Shown: one piece after another, positions 24,905 to 36,991 of the stretch
Position numbering within the stretch: the stretch's first letter is position 1
How the letters are laid out: the number at the start of each line of letters is the position of its first letter
NCBI GenBank assembly: GCA_026023565.1
Contig: JAPETS010000029.1
Location: forward strand, 1 to 64,000
DNA from: Cirrosporium novae-zelandiae
Taxonomy: Eukaryota
Direction: 5' to 3'
DNA: 64,000 nt
Program-made: the position numbers and the translations under genes
The notes under the pieces: model-generated
Seen by the model: the letters and a program-made list of their open reading frames with translations, nothing else
Databases searched by the model: none
Told to the model about the DNA's origin: nothing

Positions 24905-26554
24905 TCAAACGGTAATCAGAACACTCGCATTCTTATACCAGCTCAGCATAGGATTTTCCCCATTCCTAGTCTCCGTTTCCTCGAGATCAGCCCACCCGGA
25001 TAAGAAGGCCTCGTGTGTCAAGACCCGTGTTAGTTTGCCTGTAGTGGCGCGATAGATGTCTTCGATTAGGTTGAAGTCGGTTGGGAAGAGGATGTCGAAG
25101 TATCCTTGTTCGACCTGTGTGTTGAGGAGGGGTGGTAGTTAGGTGGAGGAGGGGTTTAAGAAAAGGTATGGGGAGGGAAGGATACGTACGAGGGGTGTGG
25201 AGACTGGGACCACTCGTCTCTGGTATCGGGTTTGGACTACCGGTGCGTTTATGCCTCTTATTGCACCTGGTAGGTAGTGGAAATCGCTAGCTAGGAGCCT
25301 ATGCGCCGGGAAATATCTATGGAGAATGTTGAAGAAATCGAGGAGGCGAGAAGGTATGTATTCGGGGTCTGTTAGGTTGGGTGCGAATGGCAGCTGGGAG
25401 CGTAATTGTCGGATGAGCTTTGGAGCGCGGAGAAGGGGGTTATCGTAGCGGGTTGTGGAGGCGGCATCTCGGACGCGGAGATAGCGTTTTACGGCAGGGC
25501 TGAGCGTGCGGGTATAGAATTCGTAGAACTCGCCATCAGCGTCGATAAGGACATTGCCTTGCATCGGTTGTTCCGTTATGGGATCGTATCTCAGGCAATC
25601 GTGGGCGAAATTATCGAAGACTTCTAGGGCTAAGAAGAAGCAAGGGGAGGGGACGATGGAATCCCATTCAAAGATGGATCGGTTAATGATGCTGACATGG
25701 TCTGCATGACCGCGGGCGTAGGTGGAGGTGTCGACTTGACGCCGCTGGAGATCTGCTAGGGAAGAGGAGATTTCGATGATCTTAAATTTCGTGCGCGCGT
25801 AGACTTCGGGGTCTGTATAGCGGATGAAATCGAGGATATTGAGCATGAGGGTTCCGTTTCCGGCTCCCATTTCATATATAATAAGGTCGTGGTAGGGATA
25901 GGAGGTGTGTTTGTAGTTTGTAACAAGATAGTCGGCAATGGCCTCGCCATAGTAAGGCTGGAATAGCTCTGTGGGGGTATGCCAGAGCTGGCGGGTGTCA
26001 TCGGGGTTTTTGGCATCTAGTTCGTCTTCGAATTGACGGTAGCGCTGATCTAAGATACGTTGGAATTCTGGTTCGGAGCGCATGCTATTGAAATCGAATG
26101 GATCGCCTGGGTGGAAAATGACAGCATGTTTGGAAAAGTAGCCATAATTTGGGTTATATAGGCTGTCTAGATAGCTAATCAGTATGAGTCTAATGCCATG
26201 GTGAGAGAAACTATATATCAGACCCTCGATGAAATCCCGCATCGACAGCTTCACACGCCTTGGCCGTTCCCTTCGACCTCGCAGGGATTCCGAGGTAACT
26301 GTTGGATAGTCCTTGATCTCCTTTGCCTTATCCCCTGGAAGCCAGTCTAGCCGCTGCTGCCAATTGCTCTTACTTTTCGTATCCGACTTTGATGACCTAG
26401 TAACATATTGCCGGCGTTCATGGTGGGTTGCTGTTGTTATAGAGCTGAGAGGAGAGGAGGACGAATATTTTGGAGTATAGGAGCTAAGTCTCTGAGGACA
26501 AGGACGGTGGTGGAAAAGCTGTCGAAAGAGCTGGGTGACAATTGGGGAGTCCAT
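24905..26554 (-). CDS. NDUFAF7: Mitochondrial SAM-dependent methyltransferase of the MidA/NDUFAF7 family, 3 exons
   Basis: Motifs MRDFIEDSLYNPNYGYF, WHTPTELF, IYEMGAGNGTL and ALEVFDNF. The last exon ends ..NASVLITV*. Confidence 0.88.
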
Positions 26555-26725
26555 CAATGAAGATGGATGATGGGCGTGTTTGAGATTTGTGGCGGCCAGA
26601 GACTGAACTCCGCAGCTCGGACGACTGACGGAGGAGAACCGGTCCAAGCTTCCCCAGGAACGAATCCGAATTTCCAAGTCGCACAACAAATATCCAGATG
26701 ATCTTCTCTCCAGCTTTCAACCACC

Positions 26726-28230
26726 ATGCCAGATCGCCGTTGGCTCCAATTCACAACTGTTTTTATCGCTGGCGTCCTTGTAACAATTGCCGTCCACGAG
26801 TTATGCCCCAAGCTCCAGCTACAGCACCAAGTTCGGCAGCGGGGTAAGAATCGAAGAAAATCTTTCCAACAAAATGGAACACCGAGTCCCAATGAATATG
26901 GGCTTGGCAACAATAGTCAAGGGCAGTCTGGAGGAGGGAGTGGAAATGAAATACAAATAAGAGAAGGCATTGAAGCTTGTATTGGCAACACTCCTATCTT
27001 CAGAATCAAATCTCTTTCGGATGCTACTGGCTGTGAGATTCTGGCAAAAGCTGAAGTACACCACTGTAACTACACGTATTGGCAGAATATCTCCAATCTA
27101 ATGATTTACATAGTTCTTGAATGGGGCGGGAAATAGTCCCAAAGATAGAGTAGCTCTAAGCATGATCCAGACGGTAATTCATTTGGTCCCCTATGCAGCT
27201 CTTAAATTAATCTGACGCTTGACTAGGCGGAGGAGAAAGGGTTATTAAAACCTTACTCTGGAGATATGATATACGAGGGTACATCAGGATCTACTGGTAT
27301 ATCTCTAGCAACACTAGCAAGAGCAAAGGGTTACCTGGCATATATGTAGGCTGTGCCGACCAGCACTCCGTTTAATGACTCATTATGACACAGATGCATG
27401 TCCTCAGACCAATCCCCCGAGAAATCCAACCTTCTTGAGAAGCTTGGTGCTATCGTTGAGAGAGTTCCTCCAGCACCCATTGTAGATCAGAACCACTTCG
27501 TCAATAAGGCCCGTCGATTAGCTGCTGAACATACCGCGGATCCAAATAAACCTGGACGCGGCTACTTTGCAGACCAATTTGAAAATCAGGCGAACTGGCG
27601 AGCACATTTCACTAGCACCGCACCTGAGATATATCAGCAATGTGGAGGAAAACTTGACGCTTTTGTAACTGGTGCTGGCACTGGGGGAACCATCTCAGGA
27701 ATTGCTCGATACTTGAAACCTCGTATTCCGGATATCAAGATTGTGCTAGCTGATCCACAAGGTAGCGGTCTCTATAACAAAATCAAACATGGTGTTATGT
27801 TCGATTTCAAAGAGCGAGAGGGCACGAGGAGAAGACACCAAGTGGATTCAATCGTAGAGGGCATTGGCATTAACCGCTTAACAATGAATTTTGAGGCTGG
27901 AAGAGAGTTGATTGATGATGTGATTCGGGTGACTGATGATCAAGCTTTGGCTATGGCCCGTTGGCTAGTTGCAAAAGATGGAATCTTTGTAGGGAGCAGC
28001 ACCGCTGTCAATTGTAAGCGTTCCTGGGAAATATATCAAATTACGTCTAACCATACCACTTAGGTATTGCTGCTGTTCAGACCGCCCTGAGACTTGGCCC
28101 TGGACATCGTATTGTAACCCTTATTTGTGACTCGGGAAATAGGCATCTTTCCAGATTTTGGGCAAAAGCAGGAAATATTGGTGGTGAGACGGATATGAGA
28201 CTCGAAGATATCTTGAATGCCGGAACATAG
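26726..28230 (+). CDS. PLP-dependent cysteine synthase-like protein with N-terminal hydrophobic anchor (yeast MCY1 / S. pombe cys12 type), 5 exons
   Basis: IGNTP..KAE|FLNGAGNSPKDR, EGTSGSTG, DQFEN, GAGTGGT, EGIG and GHRIVTLICDSGNRHL. Confidence 0.9.
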
Positions 28231-28891
28231 AAATAATCCCCTCATCCCCAATACCTCTGATGATTTCGAGTTTGCTCTGGAAAATAGGCACATGTCAGGT
28301 GTGTAACATTTCACAAAGTAAATACCTCGGATTTGTTGTTAACGCAATTCCAATTTACGGCCTTAGAAGAATGACATCCATTGGATTCACAAAATAGCAT
28401 TACCTAACCTGCCAAAGATCGAATTATGCACAAGGCTTCTGATACGGAAATTCTGGTAACATATATGGAGACACGGAATTGACAGAATAGTTTATTAGAC
28501 CACCGGAGGCCATTATCATGTTTTGGAGGACCCGACGAAACGTAACGTCACACGAGCACCACAACGTTGAGGATTTCAGCTCAGTAAATGTTAGGAAATA
28601 AATCCCTTTATATCGGGAATATGCAGATAGGACTCAAGGTCTGTGGGTTGCATGCTCCCTCGAAAGGCAAGAATCCAACTTGCATATGCACATTTTACAG
28701 TGCATTTCTTATAGAGATTCCGTACTATCGACACAAATTTTCTTCCGTGTCTCCTATTGAAATATCCAGTCCTCTTGATTCGTAATAATGGTCCTGTTGT
28801 CTGCGACAAGGTTTCTTTGGAAAAATAGTCTTGATTTTCCTTCCGTTCTAATTCCTTTTCGTCCTTTAACCGAACCAGATATCATTCCCCG

Positions 28892-31033
28892 CTATGCGTT
28901 TTTGTACATGTGACGAATCTGCCACGTTCTATTGTAATATCGACGGCTAATTTGCGTTACGGTGTATTGTGGAAGTCTTTCTCTAATAGCATCCCAAGAT
29001 AAATTCTCATCATTTCTTAGTTGTAAGAGAAGATCCGTAGCTTTCTTTGAAAACCGAGGTTTATAAATCGAGTTGTTCTCTGGAGGACTAGGAGCCCCGG
29101 GCGTGGGAAGTTGACCGTGGCCGCTTTTTGAAGCTGGAGTTACGGTATTGGACTGCTCTGGCTGGGTCAAATCTTGGACTGCTTTTGGTGTGCTCCTAAT
29201 TGTCACAGAAACGAGAGGGTATTGATCGCTGGTAATAGCTGCTATACCTGGCTTCTCATCCTCTTTTAGCGGAATGATTTTATTTGGCGCTTTTCTGTTG
29301 CTAGGCACTAAATCTTCTTTATGAATGAGACCTAAACCTTCCCCCGTATCTGCTAATTCCTTGACCTCCTCTGGCTTCGCGATATCAAGAGCTTCCTGGC
29401 TAGTAGGATTGATAGTCGGATGACACATAATCCTTTCGGTAAGATGTGAAGTGCTAATTGATGATAGTGACGGACTTATTGCTGTCGTCGTATTCGTCTT
29501 GTTGCGAGGGGATTTTGTGGATTTTCGGGACCGACGAGCTAATCCTTTTGACTGATTCTTGAAGATTGTTATTATATCCTCGTTGAGCAGATCTGGACTA
29601 TCCTCTCTATCAGCAAGACCGGAAATCTGGGGCTCGACAATACGTCCAATTGTATCATCGGTCCGTTTTCTCTTAAGAGTATGTTTGGCGAATATGTTTT
29701 TGGGTTGCCGCTTAGATCCCGAGCTTGGCCGGCGCTCAATCGTGGAAATAACTTTACTTTGACTCGATTGAGGAGTTGTAGAGTTTGGGGGAGAATCCTT
29801 TTTCCGACGTCCGGGGTGGCGGGAAGGTGCCCAAAGCGACCCGGAATTCGGTGGAGAAGGTGACCTTCGATCCAGCTCAGCTAGGAGAGAGGATACCGCA
29901 GGCCTCTTGCGAACAGGAGTAGGAAAACCAAGACTAGGGACACGCCAAGCAGGTTCGATCTCACGTTCATCATTTCGTTGTCCTAAACCGGGAGCGGACC
30001 AAGCAGGTTCAATTTCATATCCATGTGATGTAGACTTTCTCGCAACTGATTCTCGGTGTGTGCTTGAATCCATATTAGACGTCTCGCTTAAACTAAGAGG
30101 TTTTCTTAGAGATAGTTCCTCTATTCCAGCTTCTATGAGGCCATAGGAAGGGACTCTTTCAAACAGGGGTTCCTTTGGTACTGTAGAAGAGATCGTATCA
30201 GAGCCCCCCTCAGTCTTTTCGTAATCTTTGCCCATCGTGTATATATACTCGGCTCTAACCCCCATCTTGATCTTTTCCTCGTCTCTATGAGCTATACCTA
30301 TAGAACCTCGATAGTTGATATTCTTCGGGCTAGAGCTACCGTGAGCAGAATCTGAGTGTTGAGACAACTCCTTTGATTGACTAAATTGCATGGGATATTG
30401 AGAAAAGTGGCATGTATAAGGCCGGTTTCCAACGCGGAATCGAGGATCTCTCAAAGGTGGTTGATAAGGTTCTTGGTAGTGTTCATCAATATTCTGGTCA
30501 TTTGCTAGGTGACTGGTTCTGAGATTCGTAAGTGCTTTTTGGTCCTGCTGTATAGTTCCAAGGAGACTGTCTGCATCATCATTAGAGTCTGAAACACTAG
30601 CATTGTCCCCGAGCAAAGAATCGCATTCTGCGCTTTCGCCGTCTGTTTGATTTTCGGCGCCACCAAAATCACCTTCAACGCTATCTAGTACCTTCTCTAA
30701 AGGTTCAAAGTTCTGCGAGCCTGGTGGCATTGTAATAGCCCTAAGAAGTCTGCCCGCATCTTCCCCTATTTCACTACTTGAATGTCCTATATCTTGCTCA
30801 TCTCTCATGCCTGAGATATGTCCATTATTCTCAACAATTTGACCGGTTTCGAGATCGATTTCATCCCCAATCCCAGTAAAGTCGTGGCCATATTTTTCGA
30901 AGATAGACTCAAATCTAGACTTTAAACGTAGGTCGTTCCGCTCGCGCGCAAATTGTAGCTCAGTATCAGGATCAGGGCTCGGTGCGGTTTCCACGGAGGA
31001 ATCAAGGCGGGGACGTTTAGTTGGACGTTCCAT
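28892..31033 (-). CDS. SCM3: Scm3-domain (CENP-A chaperone) protein with a C-terminal Myb/SANT-like repeat
   Basis: N-terminal RERNDLRLKSRFESIFEKYGHDFTGIGDEIDLETGQIVENNGH matches the Scm3 domain pattern. C-terminal FSKKATDLLLQLR..SWDAI..YY is Myb-like. The start is taken at MERPTKRPRL. Confidence 0.8.
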   Translation of the reverse strand: MERPTKRPRLDSSVETAPSPDPDTELQFARERNDLRLKSRFESIFEKYGHDFTGIGDEIDLETGQIVENNGHISGMRDEQDIGHSSSEIGEDAGRLLRAITMPPGSQNFEPLEKVLDSVEGDFGGAENQTDGESAECDSLLGDNASVSDSNDDADSLLGTIQQDQKALTNLRTSHLANDQNIDEHYQEPYQPPLRDPRFRVGNRPYTCHFSQYPMQFSQSKELSQHSDSAHGSSSPKNINYRGSIGIAHRDEEKIKMGVRAEYIYTMGKDYEKTEGGSDTISSTVPKEPLFERVPSYGLIEAGIEELSLRKPLSLSETSNMDSSTHRESVARKSTSHGYEIEPAWSAPGLGQRNDEREIEPAWRVPSLGFPTPVRKRPAVSSLLAELDRRSPSPPNSGSLWAPSRHPGRRKKDSPPNSTTPQSSQSKVISTIERRPSSGSKRQPKNIFAKHTLKRKRTDDTIGRIVEPQISGLADREDSPDLLNEDIITIFKNQSKGLARRSRKSTKSPRNKTNTTTAISPSLSSISTSHLTERIMCHPTINPTSQEALDIAKPEEVKELADTGEGLGLIHKEDLVPSNRKAPNKIIPLKEDEKPGIAAITSDQYPLVSVTIRSTPKAVQDLTQPEQSNTVTPASKSGHGQLPTPGAPSPPENNSIYKPRFSKKATDLLLQLRNDENLSWDAIRERLPQYTVTQISRRYYNRTWQIRHMYKNA

Positions 31034-31329
31034 TAAGTGAATAGTGGCACCTAAAGGGAGCCCAGATATCTTGAGGGATATGATTAGTAAATATAACAAC
31101 ACGACCCTCAAATTGCTGATAACTCACTAATATAACATTTTAAACATTTTACACTATTATTTAATTAGGACGAATTCCTTTGGTCGGCGCGTCGCGGTTT
31201 CGCGTTACACTCCCGATGATGAGATAAAGGCGGAAGTGTAGCCCCGCTAAGCTTAGGAATGACCTCCTAATGTTCTAGCAGCCTCAGAGGTCTTAAGGTG
31301 TAACTCATACATTCTAGAAATCATAAGAT

Positions 31330-32890
31330 ATGTATTGCCAAAAATGCAGATCACCATTACGTCTTGATGGATCGCTTGAAGATTTGAATCTCGCTGCCTT
31401 TGATTTGCTTGTTGGTAAGTCTGATCTTTCTATTATTTATTTCCGTATTTAACTTTAGTATAGGAGCCACCAGCAAACCATCATCACAGCAAGGTGGCGC
31501 GAAGTCTGTTAAATCTAGCTATCCACAAGATCGAAAGGAACTGTATGATAGAGCGTTGAAACATGCCCAGTCCCCTGTATTTAAACGATCCATCCCCCCA
31601 CCTCGCCATGGCCAAGCTCTTGGAGCCGGCTTTCCCAGAGGGGCTCGAGACAATCCTGCCATGTCTTTTGTGATGCTTACAGAGTCGCAACTCGGTCCCA
31701 CTCAGATAACACCCTACCAAGAAGAGGATAGCCCACGTGGAAACAGAAGGCAAAACAAGAGTCATCCTAGAATCCTAGACTCTTCGCAACAATCAATCTC
31801 TCAGCAGGTCGAGTCAACAACCCGCCTTTTCGAGATACTATCATCTCGATCGGACGTAGATCATCCGATTTGTGTTGAATGCACAGAACTACTTGTCGAC
31901 GGTCTACAGAAGAGGTTAGCTATTACAACTAAAGAACGAGATGCATACATAGATTTTCTCAGAAAGGTCAACTCCGAGGTGCCTACGGACGAAGAAGTTT
32001 GCAAAACTCAAGAGGAATTAGAGGCAGCAACAAAATCAGAGGCAGAAGCTTTTGAACAGTTACTTGCCTTAGAGAAAGAGAAGGCAGCGTTAGACGACGA
32101 ACTAGCTGATCTTGAAGAAGAGTCGCGGCAGCTGGATATAGATGAAGAGAACTTTTGGCGAGATCGAAATGACTTCTCTCTAACGCTGACGGAGTTTCAA
32201 AACGAAAGAGATGCTATTAATATGAAATATGACTACGACTCGAGACAGCTAGAACGCCTTCAGCGAACAAACGTCTATAACGATACCTTTTGTATAGGAT
32301 ATGATGGATATTTTGGTACTATAAATGGGCTACGTCTTGGTCGCCTCAATACTCCGCCCGTTGAATGGGCTGAAATTAATGCAGCATGGGGCCAGGCACT
32401 TTTGCTGCTCCATACTGTCGCTAATAAGCTTGATTATAAATTCGAAGGATATAGATTACGGCCGATGGGCTCCACGTCACGGATCGAAAAAATTGAATTT
32501 CCTCAATCTGGTTCCGGCAATGCGGCTACACAACCATCTCACGCCCCGGCTCCTAAAAGTACGATGTTAGATCTCTATTCCTCCGGCGACCTCCCGCTTG
32601 GTCAGATATTTCTCCATCGTCGCTTCAATGCAGGCACCTGTGCATTCCTAGATTGTCTTCGGCAGCTTGGTGAATTTGTGGAGCGTGAATCTGGGCAAGC
32701 GACTGGAGGCCCAGGATTGAAGTTACCATACGAAATTAAGAAAGACAGAATTGGAGACGTTAGCATCAAACTAGGTTTCAATCAAGACGAGAGCTGGACG
32801 AGAGCATGCAAGTATGCCCTCACTTGTTGCAAGTTCTTGCTAGCGCATGCGAGTAACGTTGCTGGATCTGTGAGGCGTAATGGGACATGA
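31330..32890 (+). CDS. ATG6: Autophagy protein 6 / Vps30 / Beclin-1, 2 exons
   Basis: Starts MYCQKC. Contains DHPICVEC, a coiled coil, TNVYNDTFCI..GTINGLRLGRL..WAEINAAWGQ and WTRACKY. Confidence 0.95.
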
Positions 32891-33360
32891 GAAGACAACC
32901 TTTCTGGATTTGGCGTTCAGAAGGATCGGAAGAACAACGATGGGTATTAAAGACAGGCTCTAGGCGTACGTTATTCACTTTTAGCATTTGAGCCTAGATT
33001 TTTTGGCAAGCAATGACACCATACATTCTCATAATTCAATATGATAATCCTAACTCGATCCCAGACAAGAGAATGAGCCTAATTAATTATCATGTCATGT
33101 AAGCCCAGCTTTAATCACAACAGACCTTTAGAAAAAGTGAATATGGTTTAGTCAACCCAAACCCGGTCTGAGGAAAGAGCCATATCGGATTTTTTCAATT
33201 CAAACACCAAGGGAAGCAGGTAGGCTCAGTTATCCTCTATCGTTACGGCGATACTGCTTGCAAGGCGCCACCATTACGACTCACTTTCAGCTTCCGAAAA
33301 AAAATTTTGGGCAAAATTATTATAGAACTGCTGAGTTGTTGCCTTTCTTGTTAATTATAA

Positions 33361-33420
33361 TTACCATATTAGAATTGGTTTCGAGCACAAAGCTTTTTTG
33401 TGGAATATATAGTTTTTACC
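33361..33420. repeat. Dispersed repeat relic, copy B
   Basis: 47/60 identity to 21961-22020. Confidence 0.7.
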
Positions 33421-33625
33421 CTACAGCAGGACTGCTTGTTGAACTTTTGTATAAATGCAATGAGCCCACCTTGGTTCTAACATTCACTAGTGTTGCATAT
33501 CCAGTAAATTGATTGTCTCTTGACTTATCCGGCTGCTATTACTGGCAACTACTCGTCGCTATTCAGATCAAATTATAGTAAATTCATTTTCTGTAATTTT
33601 TATCTTCCTCGATAACGTTGACACG

Positions 33626-35014
33626 ATGAGCCTTGCCGTGGATGTTGCCAGCGCAATTCTGATTATCCAGATCCTGCTAGATGACATCGAACGTCTTACT
33701 TCAACTTCAAAGGGAAAATCCTGTCAAGATCACCAATCTGATACTGAAGCCGCCTTAGCCCTATTTAGAGATGATCTTAAAATCATCAAAGGGATACTAA
33801 TTGATCGCCATATAGCTCATAGTATTGCAAATGCTGTTCAAAGTGATGATACCCCGGTGAATAAAATATTCTTACAGGAGCAACAAGCTATTAGAGACCA
33901 TGATATAGCATGCCAATTAAGTGGGATGGGTGTGGGTACTGACAAGATTGAAGAATATATTTCCGAGGACATCAACGAGGATATTCCAGCAAAATTTGGA
34001 GCTTTATCTGTTTCCGACCAAATAGACGAAGCTTCTTTTCGGGCACATTTTGATCGGCCAGACGATAGCGACGAAGGAGAGCAAGTTTTGTCCTCGAAGG
34101 ACAAAACCCCCCAGACACCTGAAAAGCACCAGTGTATCAGCTACCAAGATGAAACGCCCTTTTTTGATGTCACCCGTCGTCCGTGTGACGACGAATACTG
34201 TCGTAACTGTCTCCAAGACCTTTTCTCAGCCTCCCTCATAGACAAAAGCCTTTTCCCTCCTCGATGCTGTGGAAAACCTTTTGATCTAAAGCCACGGGAC
34301 CCCGTTTATTTCTCAGCTCAGATCTTGTACAAAAGTTTGAGCAGAAAAGCATAGAATTCAACACATCTGACAAAACATATTGCAGTAACCTTCTGTGTTC
34401 CGCTTTTATATATCCAGAGTATATCACTGGAGATATCGTATCATGCTCTGTTTGCACAACTACAACCTGCACTATCTGCAAATCATCTGCGCTTGACGGC
34501 GACTGTCCTGAAGATACAACTTTACAGCAGCTTCTCGACACCGCCACTGAAAATCGATGGCAACATTGCAACTCCTGTGGGAAGATGGTTGAGCTTTCTA
34601 CTGGTTGTTATCATGTAACGTATGAATTCTCTATTCCTTCCCTTATTCCTGTATTAATCTCTTTCCAGCTGTCGCTGCGGGGCTGGATTCTGCTATCTGT
34701 GCGGTCAGCAGTGGAAAATATGTGAGTGTGAAAACTGGGATGAGAATCGTCTCTATTCCCGTGCTCATTAGGTTGCCGAGCGTCGACCTCAGCCTGGTAA
34801 TCAAGCGACCCGAGAGATGCGATTCAATCAGGCACTAGATGACTTGAGAAACCGCCATGAATGTCCCCGTCTCCACGTGCGCAGTGATTGGCATATACTC
34901 AGTAGTAGGTATAAATGCGAAGGATGCCACTACACCCTTCCCTCTTATATTTATGGGTGCCGACGATGCCGTGTTATGGCTTGCAACGAGTGTAGGATAA
35001 ATAGGGTTTGTTAA
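33626..35014 (+). pseudogene. RBR/IBR-domain E3 ubiquitin ligase pseudogene
   Basis: RING1-IBR-RING2 cysteine patterns are present (FPPRCC; YCSNLLC..CSVC..CTIC; CNSC..GCYHVT|CRCGAGFCYLCG). There is a frameshift at about 34280-34310, an in-frame TAG at 34769-34771, and lost Zn ligands (CISY, CDDEYC, SALDGDC). Confidence 0.85.
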
Positions 35015-35807
35015 GGAAAGCTCTTCGCCAAAGTCATAGTCCGGTACGTTGCTCATGCCATTGGAATATGTGGACTAATAGGTTTATGGGAGAATAGGGG
35101 AGCCCGTGGTTTGGTATTTTGGTATTTGTATAGCTCATATCCTACGTATTATTCGATATAGCTCGTATTGTAGACTATATAATATCTCGGTGCCTTAAGC
35201 TAATCCTCAGAACATCTCTTATCGATTTTTTAATCTCAGTCCTAGATAGAGAAGCCCTGCCCAGTTTCTTTTCTCACTGTCACATCTCTTCATTTCACAA
35301 CCCTCCCCATCCTTAAGATTTAGCCTCAGACATCCCTTTCGCAATCGATGACTGTAAAAGATCAAGCGTCTTAGATAAATTCCTCAACGATAAGACCAAA
35401 GGTGGAGTGTATCTGTACGGGCCTGACTTAGAGCTAACAAGGACTTCCAACTTCCATGGTCGCCAACAAATAGTCTTTGACCCACATAGTTTTCCACCTT
35501 GCGAAGAATACCTGTGTTTAGTCCCTCGTACCCATTTACCGAAGGTGGACTCCCTCGTCGCATACATTCCTCACCATGAGTAGACATCAAAACAATAAAT
35601 TCACGATATTCCTAGGGTCTTCGTTCTTTTATAGAATGTAATTCCTTTGTAAGTCAATTCTGCTCCCAATACACAGTACAAATACCCCGCATTTCACCCC
35701 CCCCCCACCTCTTGGTCATACCTTATCGACTTATCCCCCCCACTATCTTCACCATTATTCCAACATCACATATCACCCACAGAATCCATCACCAACACCA
35801 TCATATC

Positions 35808-36857
35808 ATGCCTCTCAAGTGCCCCGAACAATACTTCCTCGAACCAAATACCCACTGTCCAAATAACCGTTTCCCGGTCCTCCTCTACCGTGATGTCCTA
35901 CCCCGGCCACACACGGAGGAATCGACAACAAAGTTCCTAGAGGGAAACGGATGGGAGAAAAGGGTATTTGGTTTTTTTCTCTCTTCTTTTTCGTTTTTTT
36001 TTTTGAATTCCTTTTGAATGGGCATGATTGTGCTTTCTGAAAAAAGAAAAAAAAGAAGAAAAAAATGGAATTTTATAATAGATCATAGAATCTGATGAGG
36101 ATGTGATTGTTTTCCATATTTACTTACTCACTTCATTATATTCCTTTCATATCACATAGCATAGGGAGAAGAAGAAAATACCAAGCAACCTACCTCCTTA
36201 TACTCACACTCACACTCACATCTCCAGGGAACCTGGGGCCACTACCCAACCCGACATTTCCATCCCAACACCCACGAATGCTACGGTAACCCCCCTCGCC
36301 TTTCTATTCCACCATCTCATCCCTCTCCCCAACCAATCTGACCCAATCAAACCCAGGAATCTTCCAAAGCAACTCCACCCTCCTCCTCGGCCTCGGCGGC
36401 GGCAGTGACACCAACAACGACACCAACAGCAACAACCCCTCCCCAACCCTCGGCAAAAAAATCTCCGTCCAAGCTGGAGACGTGCTCGTCCTACCCGCAG
36501 GAACTGGCCACTGTTGTCTCGAAAGCAGCGAGGGGTATAAATACGTAGGTGTTTATCCTCGGGTACGTAAAATCCCCTTTCTTTTATATTGTTATTGTTG
36601 TTTATTGGTGGTGGTTGGTGGCGGGTACTCTGTATTATGTATGTATGAGGGGTTTTATAATTATTATTAATTATTACTGTAAGTAGGGATCTCCTAAATG
36701 GCGTAATGAGTTTGGGACTCAGCCGATTGATATTGGGACGTTGAGGAGGGAGATTGAGAATGTGGAGGTGCCAGATAGGGATCCGGTGGATGGGGGAGTA
36801 GATGGGTTTTTGGTGGAGGTTTGGAGGGATGTTGAGGGGGGTGGGTGGATGGAGTGA
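35808..36857 (+). CDS. Cupin-domain protein (YjlB-like), 4 exons
   Basis: The spliced product reads MPLKCPEQYFLEPNTHCPNNRFPVLLYR..NGWEKR|GTWG..HFHPNTHECY|GIF..AGDVLVLPAGTGH..YVGVYPR|GSPKW..VPDRDPVDG. It has the cupin HxH..E and PAG.GH motifs. Confidence 0.85.
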
Positions 36858-36957
36858 ATGTGTGTGTATGTATGTATGTGTGGGGTGGGGGGTTGGCTTG
36901 TTATTTTTCCTTTTTCTCTTTTTTTTTTATGTTGACTAGGTCTGATATCCGAGGGAT

Positions 36958-36990
<33 letters not shown>
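36958..36990. repeat. (TAC)11 microsatellite
   Basis: Read directly from the sequence. Confidence 0.9.

Positions 36991-36991
<1 letters not shown>

Noticed and set aside
26726..28230. Cysteine synthase as a beta-cyanoalanine synthase belonging to the cyanide cluster
   Set aside because: It is the conserved membrane-anchored housekeeping type, about 9 kb from cht and separated by core genes. There is no evidence of a functional link.
34769..34771. In-frame TAG as an A-to-I editing or readthrough site
   Set aside because: The same gene has a frameshift and lost Zn ligands, so pseudogenisation is the simpler explanation.
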